Shown: in pieces, positions 8,788-17,288 of the stretch
Numbering within the stretch: the first letter of the stretch is position 1
Layout of the letters: each line of letters opens with the position of its first letter
Assembly (NCBI GenBank): GCA_016214995.1
Contig: JACRML010000059.1
Location: 23,010 to 87,009, forward strand
Length of the DNA: 64,000 nt
DNA from: Deltaproteobacteria bacterium
Lineage (GTDB): Bacteria; Desulfobacterota; GWC2-55-46; UBA9637
Reading direction: 5' to 3'
Translations under genes and position numbers: made by a program
Notes under the pieces: generated by a model
What the model was told of the DNA's origin: nothing
Databases searched by the model: none
The model's input: only the letters and a program-made list of their open reading frames with translations

Positions 8788-8869
8788 ATTCAGGTTATGC
8801 TATTAACACAAATCCCCTAAAATGTGAAGCAGAAATATATTTCCCAAAATACCCGTTGCTTTATATTGG

Positions 8870-9391
8870 CTACCCTACTTCCAGCGATGTCTCCAGTTTA
8901 ATCGGATTAGTAAGACAATACACAGCAGGGCATCTCTTCTTTGCCAGTTCTTCTAATTCCATCAGCTTGTTTTTAGGCGCATCACTCTCCACTTGGAGTA
9001 TAAACTTTACCTTTTCTGCTATGGGATTATCTGAAAGCCCAAACACCTTTGAGAAGTCAATATAGCTTTCGGCCGTTACCTTAATCTTTTTCAGGGCTAT
9101 CCCCTCCATTGCCGCAAGGGTCGCAAATGTTGCAGCATAACAAGATACAGAACCATAAAGACAGTATATCATCGGCCCTGGCTGCTGGCCACCGCCGCCA
9201 AGAAAAGTCGGCTGATCTGCCATGAGCTTAATCTTTCCGTTCTCAAATTCTATTGTGGCGCTGAACTGCGGCCCGTCTCCCACATTCCACTCCCCCTCTA
9301 TCCTGTTTGTCTTTTTTGCCTTTGAAATATCTTTTTTAAAGGCCTCTACTGTTCCCTTGAGCTTTGATACATCAATGTTATTGATTTTCAT
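8870..9391 (-). CDS. OsmC/Ohr-family (peroxiredoxin-like) protein
   Basis: Two conserved Cys regions (CLYGSVSCYA and KRCPAV) at OsmC-like spacing. GGAGG precedes the ATG at 9391. Confidence 0.75.
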   Translation of the reverse strand: MKINNIDVSKLKGTVEAFKKDISKAKKTNRIEGEWNVGDGPQFSATIEFENGKIKLMADQPTFLGGGGQQPGPMIYCLYGSVSCYAATFATLAAMEGIALKKIKVTAESYIDFSKVFGLSDNPIAEKVKFILQVESDAPKNKLMELEELAKKRCPAVYCLTNPIKLETSLEVG

Positions 9392-9544
9392 AAAACCTCC
9401 TCGTGTATTTTTGTATTCTAAGAATAACTGAAAAACAAACCAAGTCAATAAAAAAAGATAAGCCGCTGTAGTTGTTGACAATTCTTGTTTTAGGGTATAT
9501 TATTCTGCCTGATTAGTTTACACTGGAAAATGCTGGTTCACTAA

Positions 9545-9748
9545 GAGATTGTTGAAAAAATCAATAATCTCTGATTACACAGATAAAGAATTAGATTACA
9601 CAGATGACAGCGTTGCTGTCATTCTGAGGGTGAAGCCCGAAGAACCTCAAAGAACGAGATTCCTCGCTTCGCTCGGAATGACATTTCTGTGTAATCGTTT
9701 TTCCTAATCTGTGTAATTAAGGCTGTTGGTGGCTTTTTCAACAGCCTG
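9545..9748 (-). mobile_element. GATTACACAGAT MITE, copy 2, carrying a nested palindromic insert
   Basis: Collinear with copy 3 except for about 79 extra nt between the second and third boxes. Confidence 0.8.
9606..9684. repeat. Nested palindromic element (GTCATTCTGAG ... CTCGGAATGAC ends)
   Basis: It interrupts MITE copy 2 and has inverted termini. Related, more degenerate sequences lie at about 17082-17160, and a different palindrome of the same style lies at 2790-2830. Confidence 0.65.
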
Positions 9749-9817
9749 CTAAAATTACCTTGCCGTTGCCGTAAGAAGGATTATATAGGCAGAAATTATA
9801 AACGGAGGTTTAAATTT

Positions 9818-10660
9818 GTGATAATAAGATGCTGGGGGGCAAGAGGGTCTATCCCTGTTTCAGGTAAAGAGTATATAAAATACGGCGGCGATACTACTTG
9901 TATGGAAATCAGGACAAAAGACAATAACATTATTATAATAGACGCAGGCTCCGGTATAAGGAGACTTGGAAACAGCCTTGTAAGGGAAGGTAAGCAAGAC
10001 TTAAATATAATCTTTACCCACGCACATTGGGACCATATACTTGGGTTTCCGTTTTTTAAGCCATTATATATGAAAGGCACACAGATAAACATGTTGGGTT
10101 CTCCGCTGGCCCAGGAATCTATAAAACAAATTATTTCAAAAACCATGCAGGCGCCAAACTTTCCAGTGAAATTTGAGGACATGAAGGCGGAAATATCATA
10201 TATAGGCGCATGTCCGGACTGGTTCAGGATAAAAGGGCTTTCTATAACCCCCATTCATACAAGCCATCCCAACCATGGAATGGGCTACAAATTCTCTGAA
10301 GATAGTAAAACTTTTATATTCCTCACTGACAATGAGCTTACCTACACGCATCCAGGCGGGCTTCAATATGCGGATTATCTTGAATTCTGCAGAGGGGCAG
10401 ACTTATTGATTCACGATTCAGAATATACTCCTGAGGAATATAACAAACATACAAAGACATGGGGACACTCAGTTTATCTGGACAGCTTAAAACTTGCGAT
10501 TGAGGCCGGTGTCAAAAGGTTTGGACTATTTCACCATAATCAGGACAGAACAGATGAGCAGATAGACAAAATGGTGGAAAATTGTAAAAAGATTATCAAA
10601 AAACAAGGTGTAAAAATGAAATGCTTTGCAGTTGCAAAAGATATGGAACTTGAGGTGTGA
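9818..10660 (+). CDS. MBL-fold metallo-hydrolase
   Basis: THAHWDH metal-binding motif with downstream His/Asp residues. GTG start is preceded by GGAGG. Confidence 0.8.
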   Translation: MIIRCWGARGSIPVSGKEYIKYGGDTTCMEIRTKDNNIIIIDAGSGIRRLGNSLVREGKQDLNIIFTHAHWDHILGFPFFKPLYMKGTQINMLGSPLAQESIKQIISKTMQAPNFPVKFEDMKAEISYIGACPDWFRIKGLSITPIHTSHPNHGMGYKFSEDSKTFIFLTDNELTYTHPGGLQYADYLEFCRGADLLIHDSEYTPEEYNKHTKTWGHSVYLDSLKLAIEAGVKRFGLFHHNQDRTDEQIDKMVENCKKIIKKQGVKMKCFAVAKDMELEV

Positions 10661-10726
10661 AAAAGAAGAAACCGAGTCAAGGAATCACCGCATTTACTCT
10701 GATATTCTGGCACTTCTACACTTCAC

Positions 10727-11245
10727 ATGGAACCTCCACTAAAGCAACTATTTCAACCTGAAGAAATCCATCTTGCGGTAACAAGGCTTGCAAACGATAT
10801 AAGAAAGGATTATGCAGGCAAGTCACCTCTCCTTATCGGCATATTGAAAGGCTCTTTTATCTTTCTGGCGGATATTGTCAGATCTTTAAAAATACCTGTT
10901 GAAATAGATTTTATAAGAGCTGCAAGCTATGGAAGCGGAGACACGAGTTCGGGCAATGTGCAAATTATCAAGGATATAGACGCCGACATTGAAAACAGAG
11001 ATGTAATAGTTATAGAAGATGTAGTGGACACAGGCCTTACGTTGAATGTTGTTCTTAAACATCTGAAAGCTAAAAACCCAGCCTCTTTAAGACTCTGTGC
11101 ACTTGTTGACAAACCTGACCGCAGGCAGGTACCTATTAAGATAGATTATCTTGGCTTTCATGCCAAAGAAGGCTTCCTTGTAGGATACGGTCTTGATTAT
11201 AATGAAAAATATCGTTATCTGCAAGGATTGTATGTAATGGGATAA
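10727..11245 (+). CDS. hpt: Hypoxanthine phosphoribosyltransferase
   Basis: PRPP-binding loop VIVIEDVVDTGLTL, plus length and overall pattern of Hpt. Confidence 0.9.
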   Translation: MEPPLKQLFQPEEIHLAVTRLANDIRKDYAGKSPLLIGILKGSFIFLADIVRSLKIPVEIDFIRAASYGSGDTSSGNVQIIKDIDADIENRDVIVIEDVVDTGLTLNVVLKHLKAKNPASLRLCALVDKPDRRQVPIKIDYLGFHAKEGFLVGYGLDYNEKYRYLQGLYVMG

Positions 11246-11315
11246 AGTTCAGAATGATAGGTTGTAGTAAACCGCCCACCAAACTAATTCCCAAATCTAA
11301 ACAAGGAGGTTACTA

Positions 11316-12893
11316 GTGGCTCTCCCTCCTCTTATACAAACCTTATTAAAACCATCAGCCTATCCAGACCTTCCTGAAGCAATTGAATTCAAACAGACCC
11401 ATATATCATATCTGTTTTTTACGCCAGCACACGTTTATAAAATTAAAAAACCGGTAAATTTTGGTTTTTTGGACTTTACAACCCTTGAAAAAAGAAGATT
11501 TTTCTGTCATCAAGAAATCACACTAAATAAAAGGCTTTCACCAGGCATCTATATCGACGTGGTAGAGGTAAATAAGAAAAACAGTAAGTTTGTGTTTGAA
11601 GGCAAAGGAGAAACGGTTGAATATGCGGTAAAAATGAAAAGGCTTCCGTCGGATAAAATGATGGATAACCTTCTCAAAAAAGACAATGTAACTGATTCTA
11701 TGATTAAACGTATAGCAAATGTTATAGCAGGTTTTCATAAGAGGACTGCGACTAATCTTTATACATCCAAATTCGGGCACCCATCTGTTATAGAAAAAAA
11801 TATAGAGGAAAATTTCGCTCAAACTAAAAACTTTGCAGGAAGGACAATTACAAAGATGCAGTTTGATGCAATAAAAACTTATGTGCAAAACTTTCTAAAG
11901 GCAAAACATGGGCTGTTCACAAAAAGAATGGAGCAGGGGTTTATAAAAGACTGCCATGGGGATATACATTCAGAGCATATCTGTATAACAAACGGTATCT
12001 ATATTTTTGATTGCATAGAGTTTAATGAAATGTTCAGATATTCAGATACAGTCGCTGATATTGCCTTTCTTGCAATGGACCTTGACTTTTACAATCACAA
12101 CGACCTCTCTGAGACTTTCTGCGAGGAATATATAAAAGCATCCAAAGACACAGCTGTTTATGAGCTGCTTGATTTTTATAAATGTTATAGAGCATATGTG
12201 AGGGGCAAGGTTGAGAGTTTTAAAATAGACCAAAACGAAATACCTAAAAAAGAAAAGGATGCCTCGGAGTTAAGGGCAAAGAAATATTTTCACCTTGCTA
12301 AGCTTTACGCAACAGGAGGATTCAAACCAGCCTTGATACTGCTATGTGGGTTTACAGGCACTGGTAAGACTACGGTTGCCAATAGCATAGCTGAAGAGGT
12401 AGGCACAAAAATTATATCGTCTGATATTGTAAGAAAGGAGCTTGCAAATATCAAAACAACAGAACATAGATTTGAGAAATTTGGAAAAGGGATATACACA
12501 GATGCGTTTACAGAGAAGACTTATGAAGAAATTATTAAGAGGGCAGAATCGTTTTTGAAGAATGGCTGCTCCGTGATTTTGGATGCCACATTTCAAAAAC
12601 CAAAATACAGGCAATCGGCAGCGGAGTTGGCAAAAAGACTCGGCGCTGAATTCCACATCATAGAATGCACTACTGCTGAGGATGTCATAAAACAACGGTT
12701 AGATAGGCGAGCAAATGAAGAAGGGGTTGCTTCAGACGGCAGATGGGAGATATACATAAGACAAAAAAAACAATATGAAGCCTTTAGCCGGATAAAGAGG
12801 TCTTACGACCAGCCTTCAGCCTTTTCTGTAGATACATCTCTAGATATTGATAAGACAAAAAACATAGTGCTTGAGAAAATATTCGGTAGCTAG
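11316..12893 (+). CDS. Bifunctional protein: aminoglycoside-phosphotransferase-like kinase domain plus a C-terminal P-loop (AAA/adenylate-kinase-like) domain
   Basis: The N-terminal half has the kinase catalytic pattern (CHGDIHSEHI...FDCIEFN). The C-terminal half has Walker A GFTGTGKTT. Confidence 0.7.
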   Translation: MALPPLIQTLLKPSAYPDLPEAIEFKQTHISYLFFTPAHVYKIKKPVNFGFLDFTTLEKRRFFCHQEITLNKRLSPGIYIDVVEVNKKNSKFVFEGKGETVEYAVKMKRLPSDKMMDNLLKKDNVTDSMIKRIANVIAGFHKRTATNLYTSKFGHPSVIEKNIEENFAQTKNFAGRTITKMQFDAIKTYVQNFLKAKHGLFTKRMEQGFIKDCHGDIHSEHICITNGIYIFDCIEFNEMFRYSDTVADIAFLAMDLDFYNHNDLSETFCEEYIKASKDTAVYELLDFYKCYRAYVRGKVESFKIDQNEIPKKEKDASELRAKKYFHLAKLYATGGFKPALILLCGFTGTGKTTVANSIAEEVGTKIISSDIVRKELANIKTTEHRFEKFGKGIYTDAFTEKTYEEIIKRAESFLKNGCSVILDATFQKPKYRQSAAELAKRLGAEFHIIECTTAEDVIKQRLDRRANEEGVASDGRWEIYIRQKKQYEAFSRIKRSYDQPSAFSVDTSLDIDKTKNIVLEKIFGS

Positions 12894-12965
12894 ACATAGT
12901 AAAGGCGGCCTACAAGTAAAAACTTTTTCTTGTCGGCTAATGACTTGTAGGCTTGTAGGTTGTTT

Positions 12966-13355
12966 TTACCCCATTTCTCTTTCAATGTCTTTGATGGCCT
13001 TCTTTGATTCAAAGAAGACTCTGCCTAAAGGTTCGGCTTTCTCCAAGGTAACTACAAGATAGTAGCCTTCCTTAATAGTGGAAATGGCTATGGTGGCGAG
13101 TTCTGTGGATATACCTATTGTCTTGACACTATCCCCGATAAAAGTATTCGGAGACACGTTTTCTCCTTTTAAACGAGTCATAGCATCACGCGTAAGGTTC
13201 AGGATAATGCCTTTGTGGGCACCTATGGCAGGCAAGTCAATATCTGGAAACACTGGAAAATCTGCCACAGTCTCGCCTTCCCAGTCTAGGAGAATAGCAC
13301 CTGTGGCACCTGGCGTTTTTTCAACAAGTTTTTTTAATATGGCTTTGAAAGGCAT
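12966..13355 (-). CDS. Roadblock/LC7 (MglB-like) domain protein, orphan copy
   Basis: 129 aa; the pattern PGATGAILLDWEGETV...YYLVVTL is typical of the Roadblock/LC7 fold. Confidence 0.6.
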   Translation of the reverse strand: MPFKAILKKLVEKTPGATGAILLDWEGETVADFPVFPDIDLPAIGAHKGIILNLTRDAMTRLKGENVSPNTFIGDSVKTIGISTELATIAISTIKEGYYLVVTLEKAEPLGRVFFESKKAIKDIEREMG

Positions 13356-13459
13356 AAAAAGCAGGCTATGGGCAAGAGGCTATAGGCTATAAGTTAAAAA
13401 CATATTTGCTTTATCTGTTTTTCTTATTGCCCCGCGCCTATCGCCTATAGCCTTTTTAG

Positions 13460-16400
13460 TTAATTCAACTGCACCGAGACAGTCTTGGATATGCCTGGCT
13501 CCTCCATGGTAATACCAAATAGTGTATCTGCAATCTCCATTGTCCTTTTGTTATGAGTAATAAGGATAAACTGGGACTTCCTGGACATCTCTTTCAAAAA
13601 ACCATTAAATCTATCTATATTAGCATCATCAAGAGGTGCATCAACTTCATCTAAAAGGCAAAACGGGCTTGGCTTAATCAAAAATATGGAAAATATCAGA
13701 GATGTGGCTGTAAGGGCCTTTTCACCGCCTGAAAGAAGGCTTATGCTCTGCAGCCTTTTCCCAGGCGGCTGGGCAACAATCTCTATGCCTGATTCAAGCA
13801 AATCACCTTCATCAACAAGCCTGAGCTCTGCCTTGCCTCCCTGGAAAAACTTTGGAAAGACCTCCTGAAATTTAAGATTTATTGCATCAAACGTATCACG
13901 GAAGAGCTGCCTTGTTGTCCTGTTTACTCTGTTGATTACCTTATGCAGACTATCTACAGAATTGTTAAGGTCTGTCTGCTGATCCAGAAGAAACTGATGC
14001 CTTGTCTCAAGCTCTTTATATTCCTCGATTGCGCCAAGGCTGACAGCGCCAAGTTCAGTTATCTGCGTCTTCAGTTCGTTAATCTTTGACACTATTATCT
14101 CCTGGCCAATTGCCGCAATCTTATCAGGCGGAACATATCTGTTAATCTCAACACTATATTTCTCAGTCATTTTCTCGGCAAGATGGCCGAGATTCAGTTC
14201 AATTTCACGCAAACCAAGATTTATAGAATTGGCTTCATCATGAAGCTGCGCCATATGCCTTTTAATGCTGTTTAAAGACTCTTCAAACTGATTTGCCTCC
14301 GTCACAGTCTGGTTAAGCAACTCTTCCTGCCTGATTTCCTCTTTGCGGATGTCATCCTTGCTCCTCAATGCCTCTTCCACAGCCTTCTTTATCATTACAA
14401 TATTGTTTTCTTGCTCTCCTATCTCTCCCCTTCCATTTTCTATACCAGCCTCTTTTTCTTTTGCCTTATTTTCCGTATCTGTCAGAAACATCTTCTTGCC
14501 CTCAATCTGCGCTTTAATGCTTTCAAGTCTTTCTTTTGAAGAGGCAAGATTAACCTTGATGCCGGTAACACATTCAGAGAATTCATCCTTTTTCTTATAC
14601 AGGTTTGAGACCTCATCGGTAATTGTCTGCATAGCGGCCTCGGTTTCCTTTAGCTCTGCCTCAACCGATTCCCTCTCATCCGAAAACTGAGCCTTTTTTA
14701 CTGATATTGCATCCTGCTCCTTTTTCAAAGTGCTGATTTCTATGTCCAGGGCGACAAGCCTCTGCCTTATACGGCTGTTCTCAGCCTCTTCCCTTTTTAA
14801 CTCACCTTCAATATTTATAAGCTCTATCTCTTTTGAATGCCCTTCTCTCTTTAATCCATCAAGATTCTTCCTGCCTGCCTCGATCTCGTGTCTCAATTTC
14901 TTTGCTTCTTCTTCTGTTTCTGCAATCCGCTTTTCCAAGTCAGAGGCACTGATAGAAAGGTCTTTTATCTCTCTGCGTTTTTGAAGTATACCTGCGTTAT
15001 TTCCATTTGAATAGCCTCCTGTTATAACCCCCTGAGGGTCAATCATCTCACCTTCAAGAGTAACAAAAGTCTTATCAAAACCGTTATACTTCCAGTGTTC
15101 AACAGCATCTTTTAAATTATTCACCAAAAGGACATCGCCTAAAAGGTATTTGGCAATTGGATAATAGCCATCCTTTATCCTGACATGATTCACAAGTTCC
15201 TCAGTATTCGGATAGGAATTGGGTTCTTCTGTTCTCTGTTCCCTGGCCTTTGTGTCTTTGAGCGGTACAAAACTGCCACGGCCCGATGCGTGCACCTTCA
15301 GATATTCAACAGCCTCAATCCCTTGCTCATGGCTTTCCACAATAACATACTGCAACCTTTCGCCCAATACAGCCTCAACCGCCTTTTCATACTGCACTGA
15401 TGTTTCAATAACATCCGCCACAAGGCCGTGGATGTGCCTGTATTCAGTACTGTCTTCCTTTCTGTTAAGCATGATTGTCCTTACACCATCTTTAAAACCT
15501 TCAAAATTCTTTTCCAACTCTTTCAATGTATGCAGCCTGGAAGATGTATGGCTGAGACCTTCCCTGATGTTGTCCAGTTCATTATCCTTTTGCACAAGCC
15601 TGTTTTCCAGTTCTGCAAGCTGTTCAGAGGTAAACTCCTGTGTTCTCTCAATATCTTTTCTATTATTGTCTATCTCCTGCCTTCTCAGCACATAATCTGC
15701 AATCCGCAATTTGCAGTCTGCGATTATCTTTTCCAACTCTTCTTTTTCACGCAAAGATTTGCCCTGCTTTAAGGTAAAACCATCCTCATCCTTCATATAC
15801 CCCGCAATAGTATTCTTTATATGTGCTGTCCTGTTCACAAGCTCTATCAGTCCTGTCTTTTTTATTTTAAGGTATTCATCTTTTTGCGCCAGGGCATCTG
15901 CAATATCTTTTAAAGCCTTTTCCTCAGATAAAAGACGAGCTTCTTCTTTTGCCACAGATGTGCTTATATCTTCTAAAACCCTGGCAAGGCCGTCAATTTC
16001 CACAGCGACAGTCTTTTGCTGAATTCTGAACTCCTCTATTTCTTTTAAAAGCCTTTCTTCGTTTCTTTTCAGCTCCCCTATCCTCATTTCCGAAATCTGG
16101 AACTCTCTCTCTTTTTCCTGAAGCTGGCTGCTTATCTCAAATACCTTTTGCCGCACAGCCTTTAAAACATTCTCCTCCTTCAAATACCTTGCCCTCACCT
16201 CTTCCAGACTGCTCTCTTTCTGTGATATGGCAGTAGAAAGCTCAATCTCTTTTGCCTTAAGCATCTCTAATTTTTTTTCTTCTTCAGCCTTCTTTTCCCT
16301 GAGGCTATTATATTCTTCAGATGCCAAAAGCAATTCAAACCCTTTCAACTCTTCTATCATTGCCTTATATCGTTCAGCCTTCTTCGCCTGTCGGTTCAAA

Positions 16401-17020
16401 GAATTCATCTGCCTCTTTACTTCGCCTATAATATCATTCACCCTTGTGAGATTTTGCTTTGTTGCCTCAAGCTTTCTCATAGCCGCATCCTTACGATGTT
16501 TGTACTTATTTATGCCGGCAGCCTCTTCAAAAAGCATTCGCCTTTCTTCAGGTTTTGCATTCACCAGCCAGCCAACCTGTCCCTGCTCAATGATTGAGTA
16601 TGCCCTTGTTCCGATGCCTGTATCCGTAAAAAGGTCAACAATATCCTTGAGCCTGCACTGAACCTTGTTTATGTAATATTCGCTTTCACCGGAGCGGTAG
16701 AGCCTTCTTGCTATTTCTATCTCAGTAAAATTCACATACTCTGCCGGCGCAATCCTCTCTTCATTGGAAAGCGTCAGAACCACCTCAGCCATGCCTATGG
16801 GCTTTCTTGATTCACTGCCATTGAATATTATATCTTCCATCAGCTTTCCGCGCAGATGCCTTGCATTCTGCTCTCCAAGCACCCATCTTATTGCATCAAC
16901 AATATTACTCTTGCCGCAACCGTTTGGCCCAACAATGGAAGTAACACCTTTTGGAAAGGCAAGGGCGGTCTTGTCTACAAAAGATTTGAAGCCATGGATG
17001 TCAATTTTCTTAATTTTCAC
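13460..17020 (-). CDS. smc: Chromosome segregation protein SMC
   Basis: N-terminal Walker A GPNGCGKSN, long coiled coils, a hinge, a C-terminal LSGGEKALTA signature and Walker B LLDEVDAPLD. Confidence 0.95.
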   Translation of the reverse strand: MKIKKIDIHGFKSFVDKTALAFPKGVTSIVGPNGCGKSNIVDAIRWVLGEQNARHLRGKLMEDIIFNGSESRKPIGMAEVVLTLSNEERIAPAEYVNFTEIEIARRLYRSGESEYYINKVQCRLKDIVDLFTDTGIGTRAYSIIEQGQVGWLVNAKPEERRMLFEEAAGINKYKHRKDAAMRKLEATKQNLTRVNDIIGEVKRQMNSLNRQAKKAERYKAMIEELKGFELLLASEEYNSLREKKAEEEKKLEMLKAKEIELSTAISQKESSLEEVRARYLKEENVLKAVRQKVFEISSQLQEKEREFQISEMRIGELKRNEERLLKEIEEFRIQQKTVAVEIDGLARVLEDISTSVAKEEARLLSEEKALKDIADALAQKDEYLKIKKTGLIELVNRTAHIKNTIAGYMKDEDGFTLKQGKSLREKEELEKIIADCKLRIADYVLRRQEIDNNRKDIERTQEFTSEQLAELENRLVQKDNELDNIREGLSHTSSRLHTLKELEKNFEGFKDGVRTIMLNRKEDSTEYRHIHGLVADVIETSVQYEKAVEAVLGERLQYVIVESHEQGIEAVEYLKVHASGRGSFVPLKDTKAREQRTEEPNSYPNTEELVNHVRIKDGYYPIAKYLLGDVLLVNNLKDAVEHWKYNGFDKTFVTLEGEMIDPQGVITGGYSNGNNAGILQKRREIKDLSISASDLEKRIAETEEEAKKLRHEIEAGRKNLDGLKREGHSKEIELINIEGELKREEAENSRIRQRLVALDIEISTLKKEQDAISVKKAQFSDERESVEAELKETEAAMQTITDEVSNLYKKKDEFSECVTGIKVNLASSKERLESIKAQIEGKKMFLTDTENKAKEKEAGIENGRGEIGEQENNIVMIKKAVEEALRSKDDIRKEEIRQEELLNQTVTEANQFEESLNSIKRHMAQLHDEANSINLGLREIELNLGHLAEKMTEKYSVEINRYVPPDKIAAIGQEIIVSKINELKTQITELGAVSLGAIEEYKELETRHQFLLDQQTDLNNSVDSLHKVINRVNRTTRQLFRDTFDAINLKFQEVFPKFFQGGKAELRLVDEGDLLESGIEIVAQPPGKRLQSISLLSGGEKALTATSLIFSIFLIKPSPFCLLDEVDAPLDDANIDRFNGFLKEMSRKSQFILITHNKRTMEIADTLFGITMEEPGISKTVSVQLN

Positions 17021-17081
17021 CTATGAATACTCCTCGCCTGTCAGCCTTAATTCGTTTGCCCGTCGTTGATAATCCTCGTTC

Positions 17082-17160
17082 GTCGTTCTGAGCAAAGCGA
17101 AGAATCTCGTGTTTGAGATTGAGTTGTAGTCCACCTCAGGTGAACTCCGCATAATGACAG
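17082..17160. repeat. Degenerate relative of the nested palindromic element
   Basis: GTCGTTCTGAGCAAAGCGAAGAATCTC ... ATAATGACAG resembles GTCATTCTGAGGGTGAAGCCCGAAGAACCTC ... GGAATGAC at 9606-9684. Confidence 0.45.
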
Positions 17161-17288
17161 GCTAAACTATTTTTGGAAGAAATCCTAGCAGACTTTTAAA
17201 ATCTTGTAAAGTAAAAAATACAATAAGATGGGTGGGTTGATTTTAAATACCACTATATGTAGTAGAAGACACCGTGAGATGGGCATTT

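Noticed and set aside
13686-16661. Multiple 60-160-aa plus-strand ORFs antisense to smc, with similar sets antisense to ppdK, leuC, ilvD and dnaX
   Set aside because: They are Ser/Leu/Phe-rich mirror-frame products of long, confidently identified genes, with no motifs or start contexts.
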